64,000 nt of DNA from Spirochaetaceae bacterium (GCA_051531975.1 JAOPTT010000009.1:96001-160000); one strand, 5' to 3'; positions 20,139-30,836 are shown, numbered from the stretch's first letter. Notes: a model not told the origin generated them from the sequence alone. Program-made: numbers and translations.

Positions 20139-23100
20139 ATGGCATATACAATCTATCATTCAAATAACCTTTATGAGTTTATAAACAAGTTCTCCCCTCT
20201 GTTCCATACAGCTGACCTTTTTGGAGAGACAGTTGTAACCGTTGTTCAAAATAGAAACATTGCATCCTGGCTTAAGCTTCAACTAACAAAACAAGATGGC
20301 ATATCCATGGATCTACATGTTGAATACCCTGAAAATGCTGTTAAAAATCTAGTTTTAGGTTATGAAGCAGGGCAAAAGCTATTCGACTTAGACGGTGAAT
20401 CTAAAAGTTTACTATTCATGGACAGTCTTAAAATTGTTGTTTTTAAAACATTAGAAGAGCTATTAGTAGATAATACAAAGTTTCCAAATCTATATAATTA
20501 TGTTCAGAACTCCTCTCAAAGGTTATTTCAGTTATCAGATAGTATTGCAGGTCTCTTTTATCATTATGGTATGAACTGTCCACAAATGGTTAGTAGTTGG
20601 GATAAAAATGAACTTTATAAAAATGTAGATGGCTTAGTTTTAAGAGCAGAAGATCAAACATGGCAAATGGCATTATGGAATAGGCTTTTTAGTGGCGAAA
20701 CTAATTATTTACATATAAGTAAAGTTTTAACATCTGTTTTAGAAAGTAAAGAGAGTTATAATTCCCAGTTATCTCCATATGGGAAATGTAGAGTTATATT
20801 GTTTGGTTCATCATTTTTAGGTGAATCTGCTATTAAATTTTTTAATTATCTAAGTTCTGATATTGAAATCCACCATTTTATATTAACACCATCTAATATA
20901 TATATTGGAGAAGAAGAGGTAAAACCTGTCTCTTTATTAAATAGGTTTAGTGGTTTAATAAATGGATTCACATCTATAAGCAGAGAGCCGGATTTTACTA
21001 AAAGTCGAATAAACCTTTTAATTAACAATAGTAATGGATCCCTATTAAGCCAACTAAAACAAGGCATTAAAGAGAACTCATTAGTTGAACAGGATAGACC
21101 ACAGTTACTAAATATTTCAGACAGTGATAACTCGTTAAGAATATGTAAAGTAACTGGAGGGTGGCGTGAAATTGAAATCTTAAAAGATAAAATTTTAGCA
21201 CTCCTAGACTTTGATTCAGAACTTAAGCTTACAGATATTGGTGTTGTTGCGCCTGAAATAACAAATTATAGTTCATATATAGAGGGCGTCTTTCCAGAAG
21301 TAGAATTAAAAGATGATGGAACCCCTATCTTTGGTAAAAAACATATTCCATATAATATTATGGGACTAAAAGGAGGTGAGGATTCTCCTTATATTAGAGG
21401 AATCTTATCCCTCTTAGATCTACCAGGTAGTGACTTTAACCGTAAAGATATTTTTAATTTAATATCAAATCCATGTTTTATGCAGAAGTTTAATTTAACA
21501 AATTCAGTAAGAGATCTTTTTCTAGAACAAGTCGATGCCTTGAATATAAAGTGGGGTATCGATGGAAAACACAGGGTAGATCTTGGTTATACAAATGATA
21601 ACTTTAATACATGGGAAGATGGTTTTAAAAGGTTTTTATTAGGGATCGCACTTAATAGAGGTAGTGATGTTTCTTTACCACATAATGTAACTGATTCCCA
21701 GGCAACTGATTCATTAGGAGAATTAGTTCATATTATACGTTCACTGTATAGTGACTTATGGAACCTAAACAGTCTAAGTCTTAACATGGATGAGTGGGTA
21801 TATTATATCGAAACAGTTATGGAAACATATTTACAGCCTGTTAAAAATGATCTGTTTGATGAAAGAGAGCGACTATCTGTTAAACATCAATATAGAAATA
21901 TACTGAATTTATTAGATGATCTTAAAAACCTCTCTAATTTTAAGAAAAGGAACATCCCTTATGCTGTGTTTAGATCTTTATTAAAAGAGTTTATTGTCAA
22001 ATCTGGAAATAGCAGAGGTCGGTATCTAACCGGGGGAATAACTTTTTCATCTCTTAAACCTTTAAGGGCTGTACCATTTAAACATATATTTGTATTAGGG
22101 CTTAACGAGGAACTTTTTCCAGGTAAAGAGAAAGTCCCAAGTTATGACCTTAGAGGCATTTATGACCAAAAAATTGACTTATCAAAGAGACAAAATGATA
22201 AATTTGCATTTTTAGAACTGTTATTATCTGCTAAAGATAGCCTTACACTATTCTACAATGCAAAAAATCAAGTAACAGGGGAAGAGTTACAACCCTCAGT
22301 TGTTATTAATGAACTACTTGAAGCTATCTCAATTAACTTTGGGAATACCCAGTTCCAGGAGAATGTTCTAATAGAAAATCACCCACTTCATAATTTCGAT
22401 TCAAAGTATTTTTCCACATCATCCACATTAAAGTCTTATAACAGAAGGGCTTATGAATCAGCCAATGCTTATGGCGGTCAAAAGAATATTGCTGAACCTA
22501 TAGATCTTTATGATCTAGGTGAGAACACAGATGATATAGAGATAGATATTAAGGATTTAATACAGTTTGTTAAAAACCCTGTTAAATCATTTTTCACAAA
22601 ATCAGAAGGCCTGTATATAGATGAAAGTGAGTCTAAGGAAGAGGATGTTTTTGAAAATAGGGATTTAGGTTTTATAACAAAATGGAAACTAGCAACAATG
22701 GTGTTAGAATATGGATTGGAAAACAGTATCGATTTAGAACCTTTAAGTGACAGTTTTTTTAATACAGCAAAAATTGAGGGTGCATTTAAAGATGACAATC
22801 TAACAACTAATATTAGAGAGGAAGTTAACGATTTAATAAAAGGTGTTGATAACTTTTTAACAGATAATGGGTTAAAAGGGACTAGTTTTGTTAGAGAAAA
22901 TAGAGAGCTAAAGGCCGAGTATAAACCTATTATTTTTGATATTGAAGGTAAAAAGGTTTCCATTATTGGTGAGTTAGAAAATTTGTGGATAAATGACAAT
23001 AGAGAGTGTTTTACCACTGGTATTAGTCTTGGTAGTGGGAAAGAGATGAAGCCTAAAGATAAAATAACCCCATATATCTACTCATTAATAATGTATAGTC

Positions 23101-23465
23101 ATGAAAATATGCTTGAAGAAAAAATAACCGCTTACAGTATTGGTAAAGAGGTAATAGCCCCTACAGAATTTGTTAGAAACGACAAAGCTAAAGAAAATCT
23201 GAGATCATTAGTGGAATTATATATTCAAAATAGCCAAAAACCGATACCTATATTTCCTGATATTATGGAAGATCCTGATAGTGAATCCCTTTCTAAAGCA
23301 TGGGAAAAGTCAGCTGATAATTCTATGTTTTACTCTTTAATTGCTGAGTGTCCATATGTGAAAATGGCGTATGGTGATCAAATTCCTGAATTTGAAACTG
23401 AAGATATCGATAAAATATACAGTGCTCTATATAGTGAAATTATTGTAAAGAAGGCAAAAAAGTGA
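20139..23465 (+). CDS. recC: Exodeoxyribonuclease V gamma subunit
   Basis: YHSN, WLK.QL..DGI, REIEILKD, DI.V.AP.I..Y, WGID, SLKPLRAVPFK, PS.VI.EL, HPLHNF, F.KNPV. Confidence 0.9.
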   Translation: MAYTIYHSNNLYEFINKFSPLFHTADLFGETVVTVVQNRNIASWLKLQLTKQDGISMDLHVEYPENAVKNLVLGYEAGQKLFDLDGESKSLLFMDSLKIVVFKTLEELLVDNTKFPNLYNYVQNSSQRLFQLSDSIAGLFYHYGMNCPQMVSSWDKNELYKNVDGLVLRAEDQTWQMALWNRLFSGETNYLHISKVLTSVLESKESYNSQLSPYGKCRVILFGSSFLGESAIKFFNYLSSDIEIHHFILTPSNIYIGEEEVKPVSLLNRFSGLINGFTSISREPDFTKSRINLLINNSNGSLLSQLKQGIKENSLVEQDRPQLLNISDSDNSLRICKVTGGWREIEILKDKILALLDFDSELKLTDIGVVAPEITNYSSYIEGVFPEVELKDDGTPIFGKKHIPYNIMGLKGGEDSPYIRGILSLLDLPGSDFNRKDIFNLISNPCFMQKFNLTNSVRDLFLEQVDALNIKWGIDGKHRVDLGYTNDNFNTWEDGFKRFLLGIALNRGSDVSLPHNVTDSQATDSLGELVHIIRSLYSDLWNLNSLSLNMDEWVYYIETVMETYLQPVKNDLFDERERLSVKHQYRNILNLLDDLKNLSNFKKRNIPYAVFRSLLKEFIVKSGNSRGRYLTGGITFSSLKPLRAVPFKHIFVLGLNEELFPGKEKVPSYDLRGIYDQKIDLSKRQNDKFAFLELLLSAKDSLTLFYNAKNQVTGEELQPSVVINELLEAISINFGNTQFQENVLIENHPLHNFDSKYFSTSSTLKSYNRRAYESANAYGGQKNIAEPIDLYDLGENTDDIEIDIKDLIQFVKNPVKSFFTKSEGLYIDESESKEEDVFENRDLGFITKWKLATMVLEYGLENSIDLEPLSDSFFNTAKIEGAFKDDNLTTNIREEVNDLIKGVDNFLTDNGLKGTSFVRENRELKAEYKPIIFDIEGKKVSIIGELENLWINDNRECFTTGISLGSGKEMKPKDKITPYIYSLIMYSHENMLEEKITAYSIGKEVIAPTEFVRNDKAKENLRSLVELYIQNSQKPIPIFPDIMEDPDSESLSKAWEKSADNSMFYSLIAECPYVKMAYGDQIPEFETEDIDKIYSALYSEIIVKKAKK

Positions 23466-26400
23466 GCAGAGAGTTTGTAATAAATAGTGACAATACAATT
23501 GATATAAATCTTAGAAACAGTACTCTACTAGAAGCTTCTGCAGGAACAGGTAAAACTTATAGTTTAGAACGAATAGTATTAAACTTAATAAGAGATAAAA
23601 AATATGGACTGACTATTAAAGATATTTTAGTAGTTACATTTACTAATAAAGCAACAAGAGAGATGAAGGAACGGATTAGGATTATACTTATAGAGGAGTA
23701 TAGGAAAGAGACAGACCTTGAGATAAGAAATAGATTAGAGGATGCTATAGGCTCTTTTGATGAAGCTTCAATATTTACTATCCATGGATTTTGCCAAAAT
23801 ACACTTCAAACTTTTCCATTTGAGTCTTTATCACTTTTTAGTCAAGAAATAAATCAGGATGTTACACTTTTAGAGAGTTCTGTCTGGGACTATCTAAGAC
23901 ATTTTGAAGCCTCTGCTACAGATTCTGAACTTAGAGAGTTTTATGCATTTAGAGGAAACAAAAAATTTACAGATGTAGTTACTGAACTTTGTAAGTTATA
24001 TAACAGAGATGAGTTTAAAGGACAATTTAATTATTTCCCAGGTGCTGAAGATGTAAAAGATATATATGTTTTGCAAAATGAGTTTGATAGTGTAAAAGGT
24101 CAATTAATAGAACTTATCAATACTTTTAAAAACTATAATGCCGACCTGATGTGGGCATCATCTAAGGCTATGTCATGTGCAACCCGGGTTACATCTTTTC
24201 AGAAAGTACATTTAGGTTTTGAATCTATTGTTATAGATGATGGTTTTTTTAGCTTTATGGAAAAGCTTTATACTAAAGGGTTTTGTGATAATTTATACAA
24301 ATTAAGCAGCCAGTATTTAGAATCAAAGAGTAAAAAAGGTTATACTATAGATGATGTTGATGTTACTTCTAGAGAGATTATTCTTAATGTCGATATGTTA
24401 TTTGCATGTCTTGAACCTCTATTTGATTCAAAAAATCTTACTAAAAACCCAATAGTTAGTTTTTTATCCGGTGAATTTATTAAAAAATCTATCCCTAGTA
24501 TTTCTGAGCTATATAAAATTAGACAAGAAAAACTAGGGGCTTTATCATACAACGATTTAATTGATAACCTGCATTCTAGATTGATGAACCTAGAGGATGA
24601 GTCATTATTAAAAGCTATACAAAACAGGTATAAAATAGCACTAATAGATGAGTTTCAGGATACTGACAAAAAACAGTGGGATATTTTTAGCAGAGTTTTT
24701 GCAGATAGCCCGTTCCATAACTTCATCTTAATAGGTGATCCTAAACAATCAATTTATGGTTTTAGAGGTGCCGATTTAGAGATTTATTACCAAGCTAGAG
24801 AGACCGTATTAGAAGATAATAGGTTCTTTTTAGGTACAAACTTTAGATCAGAAACTGGGATCGTGGATGGTGTTAATAGGATATTTGACCCAGTTTTTTC
24901 TGTTAAAGGTAAGGGTAATACTGCACCAACTACATTTACCAACGTTAAGGACTCAGGGAAAACATATAGAGCTATTAATGATACAAAACAAAATATAGAA
25001 TTCATAGTTTATGATGAGGATGTAAAAGAGGGAAAACTTCTAAGCGCCAAGGAGTGTAAAAGAGGTTATTTTAGAACAGTTATTAATAAAATTGTATCAC
25101 TTCTTTCCGATAGTGACAAAGTTCTTCCTGGTGATATTGCTATATTGGTTGAAAACCATAGGGATTCAATAATTTTAAGGGATTCACTATTAAATAGAGG
25201 GGTCCCAGTAGTTATTTCTAAACAAAAAAATGTCTACTTTTCCGCTGAAGCAAACCATATATTATCTCTTCTAAAAGCGCTAAATAGACCTGGAGGTCGA
25301 GGAGAATTAAAAGCTGTTCTGTTATCTCCTCTTTTTAACTACAGCTTAAAAGAGATCCACCAAATGGAAGAACTCGGTGAGTTAGAAGTAATCTCTACCC
25401 AGTTTTTAATCTGGAGTCAAAGGTTAATACATTCAGGGATTATAAGTATGTGGGAAGAGCTTCAGGCTTTTTCTACAAAAGGTCACCTCCAGACAAGACT
25501 ACTATCAACTATTAATGGTGAGAGGGCGTATACAAACTATAAACATTTAATAGAAAATTTAAATGATATACAGCGAGGTGAGAGGCTAACAAGTTTAACC
25601 TTGTACCAGAGGTTACATAATTTAATGTCTTCGGCCCAAGAAGATGAAGAAAACTCAGTAAGATTGGATAGAGAGTCACAAGCTATTCAAATTATGACAA
25701 TACACGCAAGTAAAGGTTTAGAGTTCCCTGTGGTCTTTTTTGCTGGTGGTATTACTAAACCAAGAAATAGCTCTGCTGGGTATGGTATTAAATATGCTGA
25801 TAAAAATAGCTCTTGGACTATGGATTTTTTATCTGGATCTAATAGCCAGATATATGCACAAAGAGATGAATGGGAAGAGAAAAAACGACTCTATTATGTT
25901 GCTTTTACTAGAGCTGCAAATAAATTATACCTACCACTTTTCCCCAATTGTGAATTAACCGTATTAAGCTCTTTATATGCTAGTTTAGATTGGGATCAAA
26001 ATAGACTTCGAATAGAAGAGATAGCCGATGGGTTATTGGAAATGTGTGAACAACCGATACATAATCAGCTAAAAATATCCAATGCTAAAAAAGCTAAGGA
26101 GATTAAAGCTGCCTTAGTTACAAAGGTATATGATGATGTATTAAACTTAGCTAAGGTAAATCCAAAAACATTTTTTATTAACAACGATTATCTAGAATCT
26201 AATTATAATCGATATGAACTTAAACAAAATTCTGAATCTTTAACTTTTACAGATTTAAAATCTAAACGGGGCTTTAGACATAGGATAACTTGGGTTTCTA
26301 GTTATTCAGGTTTAACAAAAGATAGCCATGGATCAGTTTCAAAAGAAGATGCTGACCGTGAAGATGATGAAGAAGTTATTATACCAGTATATAAAAAATC

Positions 26401-27127
26401 AGATGAAATTAACTGCTTTAATGTTCCTGGAGGAGCAACTTTTGGAGATCTAATACATGAGTTTTTTGAACAGGTAGATTTTGGGAATTATAACCTTCCC
26501 TTAGAGGAATTTTTGGTTAATGAAGATGTGAATTATATCTTTCTATCAGAGGCAAAAAAACATTTTGATTTAGAGTGGGCTAAAAAATACGGTATAGTTT
26601 CAAAAACAATGGTTTGGAATACTCTGAATTGTAAATTAAATCTCGACGGAGAGATGGTTCCTCTTGGAACATTTAACAAAGAGAATCGAATACATGAAAG
26701 AGAATTTTACTTTAGGGTAGATTCAAATAATAAATTTGTAAGCCACAACTTAGAATTAATTGTAGAAGAGGGTTATTTAAAAGGTTTTATCGACCTTATA
26801 ATAAACTACAATGGGAAATTATATATTGCAGACTGGAAGACAACAACTATAAAAGGTGAAGAGAGTTTTAATAACTATAATATAGACCGGGTTGATAAAA
26901 GTATGAACGAGCATAACTACCACCTACAGGGATTAATATATACTGTCGCTATTTATCTACACCTACAAAAAACCAAGACCAGTTTTGATTATAACAGTGA
27001 CATTGGTGGATATTTTTACTTCTATGTTAGGGGGATAGACCCAAATGGACAAACTGGTATTAGTTTTTATAAACCAACTGAGGTTGAAGTATTAGAATTT
27101 ATCAGAGAACTAAGGAGTGATATATGA
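23462..27127 (+). CDS. recB: Exodeoxyribonuclease V beta subunit
   Basis: EASAGTGKT, VTFTNKAT, FTIHGFC, IDEFQDTD, GDPKQSIYGFRGAD, TIHASKGLEF, YVAFTRA; nuclease GFIDL...DWKT...YHLQ. Confidence 0.95.
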   Translation: MSREFVINSDNTIDINLRNSTLLEASAGTGKTYSLERIVLNLIRDKKYGLTIKDILVVTFTNKATREMKERIRIILIEEYRKETDLEIRNRLEDAIGSFDEASIFTIHGFCQNTLQTFPFESLSLFSQEINQDVTLLESSVWDYLRHFEASATDSELREFYAFRGNKKFTDVVTELCKLYNRDEFKGQFNYFPGAEDVKDIYVLQNEFDSVKGQLIELINTFKNYNADLMWASSKAMSCATRVTSFQKVHLGFESIVIDDGFFSFMEKLYTKGFCDNLYKLSSQYLESKSKKGYTIDDVDVTSREIILNVDMLFACLEPLFDSKNLTKNPIVSFLSGEFIKKSIPSISELYKIRQEKLGALSYNDLIDNLHSRLMNLEDESLLKAIQNRYKIALIDEFQDTDKKQWDIFSRVFADSPFHNFILIGDPKQSIYGFRGADLEIYYQARETVLEDNRFFLGTNFRSETGIVDGVNRIFDPVFSVKGKGNTAPTTFTNVKDSGKTYRAINDTKQNIEFIVYDEDVKEGKLLSAKECKRGYFRTVINKIVSLLSDSDKVLPGDIAILVENHRDSIILRDSLLNRGVPVVISKQKNVYFSAEANHILSLLKALNRPGGRGELKAVLLSPLFNYSLKEIHQMEELGELEVISTQFLIWSQRLIHSGIISMWEELQAFSTKGHLQTRLLSTINGERAYTNYKHLIENLNDIQRGERLTSLTLYQRLHNLMSSAQEDEENSVRLDRESQAIQIMTIHASKGLEFPVVFFAGGITKPRNSSAGYGIKYADKNSSWTMDFLSGSNSQIYAQRDEWEEKKRLYYVAFTRAANKLYLPLFPNCELTVLSSLYASLDWDQNRLRIEEIADGLLEMCEQPIHNQLKISNAKKAKEIKAALVTKVYDDVLNLAKVNPKTFFINNDYLESNYNRYELKQNSESLTFTDLKSKRGFRHRITWVSSYSGLTKDSHGSVSKEDADREDDEEVIIPVYKKSDEINCFNVPGGATFGDLIHEFFEQVDFGNYNLPLEEFLVNEDVNYIFLSEAKKHFDLEWAKKYGIVSKTMVWNTLNCKLNLDGEMVPLGTFNKENRIHEREFYFRVDSNNKFVSHNLELIVEEGYLKGFIDLIINYNGKLYIADWKTTTIKGEESFNNYNIDRVDKSMNEHNYHLQGLIYTVAIYLHLQKTKTSFDYNSDIGGYFYFYVRGIDPNGQTGISFYKPTEVEVLEFIRELRSDI

Positions 27128-28947
27128 AAAAACAGTATGGAAGCGCCCTTAGAGAATTCCTTAAAAATAGAGATTATTCCAATGCATCACCTGACTTAAA
27201 AAAACTTTATGCTGAATCTAAAACATGGGATTCTTTTATTACCGATGCAAAGGTTAATGGATTTAAATGGAGTCAAATATATTTTGTAAAAGAACTATTA
27301 GATCGATATAAATGTAATAATCCAGATCTATTAAAATGGTTTTTATTGCATATAATGTACCAGTATGATGTAGGTAACTTAAGGACATCAATTATTACGT
27401 TAGAGGAAGATATAAAGGAGTGGTATTCAGAAGAATTAACTCCATTTTTACTTTCGGATCTGTTAACCTCTGTGCATGAATTAATTGTAGGAAATATAGA
27501 GATCTTTGGATCTGAAAATGAGCCCTTTTTAATAGAGGGAAACTATATTTATATAAATAGAATAGAAAAATACGAGGAAGAGTTTTTAGCTCTCTTATCT
27601 AAAAGATTAACCTCAAACATTCCTAACTCTGTGGATATAACAGCTGTTAAAAAAAGTTTAGAAGATCGTATGGAGTATGGTTTAGATGGAGCTAGATTAG
27701 AAGCTGTAGAGAAAGCACTAAATAATAATTTTTTAATTATATCAGGTGGCCCTGGAACTGGAAAAACAACAACAGTAGTCTCTATTATTAGAGGTTTATT
27801 GTTTATGGGAATTAATAATATATCCTTAGCAGCACCTACAGGGAGAGCAGCTAAAAGAATGATAGAGAGTATCCGACGGGAAACAACTGCCAAAGATGAA
27901 CAAATGCCAACTGAAGCTTTTACTCTGCATAAACTTTTAGGGATAATACCAAACAAAGATAGACCACGTTATAATTCAGATAGGTTATTACCAACAGAAG
28001 CTGTGATTATTGATGAAGCATCTATGGTTGATATACACATGATGTATAGACTTTTTGATGCATTACATGCAAATACAAAACTAATATTAGTGGGGGATAA
28101 AGATCAACTCCCTTCAGTTGAGGCTGGAGCACTCTTAGGTGACTTTTTACATAACTATAAAGACCCAAAACATAAAATGTTTAACTCTATAATTATATTA
28201 GAGAAGTTTTATCGGTCTACAGAAGGGATCATGGATGGTGCTAAACTTGTTATAGGTGGAGATTCTACTAGTGCCTTAGATTATCTAAAAAAAGGTTCAT
28301 CTGAAATAATTACATCAGAATTACCAGAAACTGATAAATTAGTTTCTATACTTATTGGACAGTATAATAAGACTGGGTTACCACTGAATTTCTCCATCCC
28401 TGTTTCTAGGTATACTGAAGTCAGTAGACAAATTGAGCAGTATTTTTCACTTTATGCTGACTACACAGTTCTTAGCCCATCGAAAAAAGGTCTTTATGGC
28501 ACTTATTCGTTAAATTCGTTAATTAAAAGAGTGTTTAATCCTCATTTTAAACCCTTTTATCATGGTGAGCCTATTATGATAACCAAAAATGACTATGTTA
28601 ACGGACTATTTAATGGAGATAGAGGTGTTATTTTAGGGTTCACAAACGGTTTATATGCATTTTTTAAAGAGGTCGATAGTTATAAAGTCGTCTCTATTAG
28701 TAAAATTATAGACTATGAAACATCATATGTCGGAACTGTTCATAAAAGCCAAGGATCTGAGTTTAAACATGTTGCAATAATAATACCAGAAGGTTCTGAG
28801 AAACTATTAACTAGGGAAATACTATATACCGCTCTAACCCGGGCAAAAAAACAGGTTTATCTATATGCTGGAGATGAGCAGATTGTTACAGCGGTCAAAA
28901 AAAGAATAAAAAGAGAATCAGGTATCAGAGATTTTCTGTTAGATTAA
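27124..28947 (+). CDS. recD: Exodeoxyribonuclease V alpha subunit
   Basis: GGPGTGKTT, APTGRAA, TLHKLLG, IDEASMVD, GDKDQLPSV, TVHKSQGSEF, YTALTRA; 4-nt overlaps link C-B-D. Confidence 0.95.
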   Translation: MKKQYGSALREFLKNRDYSNASPDLKKLYAESKTWDSFITDAKVNGFKWSQIYFVKELLDRYKCNNPDLLKWFLLHIMYQYDVGNLRTSIITLEEDIKEWYSEELTPFLLSDLLTSVHELIVGNIEIFGSENEPFLIEGNYIYINRIEKYEEEFLALLSKRLTSNIPNSVDITAVKKSLEDRMEYGLDGARLEAVEKALNNNFLIISGGPGTGKTTTVVSIIRGLLFMGINNISLAAPTGRAAKRMIESIRRETTAKDEQMPTEAFTLHKLLGIIPNKDRPRYNSDRLLPTEAVIIDEASMVDIHMMYRLFDALHANTKLILVGDKDQLPSVEAGALLGDFLHNYKDPKHKMFNSIIILEKFYRSTEGIMDGAKLVIGGDSTSALDYLKKGSSEIITSELPETDKLVSILIGQYNKTGLPLNFSIPVSRYTEVSRQIEQYFSLYADYTVLSPSKKGLYGTYSLNSLIKRVFNPHFKPFYHGEPIMITKNDYVNGLFNGDRGVILGFTNGLYAFFKEVDSYKVVSISKIIDYETSYVGTVHKSQGSEFKHVAIIIPEGSEKLLTREILYTALTRAKKQVYLYAGDEQIVTAVKKRIKRESGIRDFLLD

Positions 28948-28977
28948 TTGACCATTATGCATACATAGATGTATACT
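28948..28977 (+). promoter_or_regulatory. Promoter of the nitroreductase-like gene with an overlapping dyad
   Basis: TTGACC, 18 nt, TATACT; inverted repeat ATACAT-AG-ATGTAT (28961-28974). Confidence 0.55.
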
Positions 28978-29002
28978 TATGGAACAAGTGGAGATTTTTT
29001 AG

Positions 29003-29512
29003 ATGAAGAAAGTATTAGACAATTTCAGATCATGGAGATCAATAAGAACTTACCTAGACAAACAAATTAATGATGAAACAATAAAGCAGTTATTAAAAGA
29101 TGGTAAAGATAAGCTTGAAACTGTAGGTGATAAAGTATGGTCTTTTACAGTTATTCAGAACAAAAAAATAATTAAAGAACTAAATATTCTTACTAAAAAA
29201 GATATGTTTAAAAAAAGCGATGTTGATATTATTAATAGATTAGGTAAAACACCTGATTTTGATATATTCTATGGTGCGCCAACTGTTATTATGATATCCG
29301 TTAAAGATAAGTCCAAGGCAATTGGTGATGCTTGTTCTGATGCTATTCATAATATTATTACCCAAGCAAAAAATCTCGGTCTTGCTGCAAATTGGAACAG
29401 CTTTGTTAAATATCATTTTACTGATAACAACGACCCTGAAGAGAAACAAAAACTTGATATTCCAGATGATTATACCCCATATTATGCTATTAGTATTGGT
29501 TATGCCAAATAA
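29003..29512 (+). CDS. Nitroreductase-fold protein (divergent FMN-binding motif)
   Basis: RSIR.Y..KQI, W.FTVIQN, IFYGAPTVI, A.NLGL...W, AISIGY. Confidence 0.75.
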   Translation: MKKVLDNFRSWRSIRTYLDKQINDETIKQLLKDGKDKLETVGDKVWSFTVIQNKKIIKELNILTKKDMFKKSDVDIINRLGKTPDFDIFYGAPTVIMISVKDKSKAIGDACSDAIHNIITQAKNLGLAANWNSFVKYHFTDNNDPEEKQKLDIPDDYTPYYAISIGYAK

Positions 29513-29617
29513 ATAACATTTCAATTATAATACCTCCTAAAATATTTCAATTAATAAATTTTTTTGTTGAAATTTGAATCTATTATCAATAACATTAAAT
29601 TCAAATAGGAGGCAATT

Positions 29618-30196
29618 ATGTCTAAAAGTATTAAAGGTTCCAGAACAGAACAGAATTTATTAAAAGCATTTGCTGGAGAGTCCCAAGCAAGAAATAGATA
29701 TACCTACTTTGCTGGAGTAGCAAAAAAAGAGGGATTAGTACAAATTTCTTTTATTTTTGAAGAGACCGCAAACCAAGAAAAAGAGCATGCAAAAAGGTTT
29801 TTTAAATTTCTTGAAGGTGGAGATTTAGAGATTACAGCAACTTATCCTGCAGGTAAAATAGGAAGTACTCTAGAGAACCTAAAAGCTGCTGCGGCAGGTG
29901 AAAAAGAGGAGTGGATGGAGATCTACCCTGAATTTGCTACTGTTGCTAGAGAAGAGGGGTTTCTTCAAGTTGCTGCAGCATTTGATGCTATATCAGTTGC
30001 TGAGAAACAACACGGTAAAAGATATACAGATTTAGCTACGAACCTGGAAGAAGGAAAAGTTTTTAAAAGAAATGGTGTAGTTGTTTGGCGTTGTCTTAAC
30101 TGTGGTTTTTTACATGAATCTGAAGTTGCACCTAATGTTTGTGCAGCATGTCTACATCCACAAAGTTATTTTGAACTGTTAAGTGAGAATTGGTAA
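29618..30196 (+). CDS. rbr: Rubrerythrin
   Basis: AFAGESQARNRY, E.EHA, E..H diiron motifs; C-terminal WRCLNCG...CAAC.HP; AGGAGG SD. Confidence 0.95.
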   Translation: MSKSIKGSRTEQNLLKAFAGESQARNRYTYFAGVAKKEGLVQISFIFEETANQEKEHAKRFFKFLEGGDLEITATYPAGKIGSTLENLKAAAAGEKEEWMEIYPEFATVAREEGFLQVAAAFDAISVAEKQHGKRYTDLATNLEEGKVFKRNGVVVWRCLNCGFLHESEVAPNVCAACLHPQSYFELLSENW

Positions 30197-30198
30197 TA

Positions 30199-30780
30199 TT
30201 ATTTGATTATTATCTTATAATCTCTTAATAGAGACATGGCCTCAGGCAGACTGAATATAGCCTTTTCTATTTTGTTTGCACTGGGGTTTATAATATACTT
30301 TTTAGCACCCTTAAAATTAGCTTTTCTTAAATCGCTGTGTAAAAAGTTAGTTTCTGATAGATCACAACCGGAAAAGTCTGCTCCTGATAAAAAGGAATCA
30401 AAAAAATCACAATCGATTACTGAAGATTTTAAAAACTTAATTTTATTTAGTTTCATATCTGAAAAACTACAACCCTGGATAAGACAATTATTAAACTCAA
30501 AATCTATAACAAACTGATCACATTTTCTAAAATTCAGACCTAGAAGTTTACAACCATCAAACTTAACACCTCTAAACTTTGTCTGAAAGAAGTTTGAAAC
30601 ACTAAAGTTGCAGTCGTTAAAGATACAATCTTCAAAAGTTGTTTCTGAAAAGTTTGTATTTGAGAAGTCACAACTGTTAAATGTGCAATTTGAAAAAACT
30701 TTATAAATAATAGATTTATCTGCTCCTTGGAGGGAGTCAATTATTTCGTTTTCGATGTAGTCTTCTGTAAGTATATCCAT
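30199..30780 (-). CDS. Pentapeptide-repeat protein
   Basis: Tandem (C/A/T)(D/N/T)F(S/x)x pentads along the protein. Confidence 0.88.
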   Translation of the reverse strand: MDILTEDYIENEIIDSLQGADKSIIYKVFSNCTFNSCDFSNTNFSETTFEDCIFNDCNFSVSNFFQTKFRGVKFDGCKLLGLNFRKCDQFVIDFEFNNCLIQGCSFSDMKLNKIKFLKSSVIDCDFFDSFLSGADFSGCDLSETNFLHSDLRKANFKGAKKYIINPSANKIEKAIFSLPEAMSLLRDYKIIIK

Positions 30781-30836
30781 ATTAATAATAGTATAGAAAA
30801 GTTAGATGATGGTATATAATATTTCGAGGGGTATTT

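Noticed and set aside
25742..25749. E. coli Chi octamer GCTGGTGG inside recB
   Set aside because: Single occurrence noticed, and it encodes Ala-Gly-Gly. Chi sequences are lineage-specific, so this is not evidence of function.
30199..30780. Pentapeptide protein as a Qnr/MfpA quinolone-resistance gene
   Set aside because: The repeat fold alone does not establish gyrase protection; no diagnostic similarity can be confirmed by eye.
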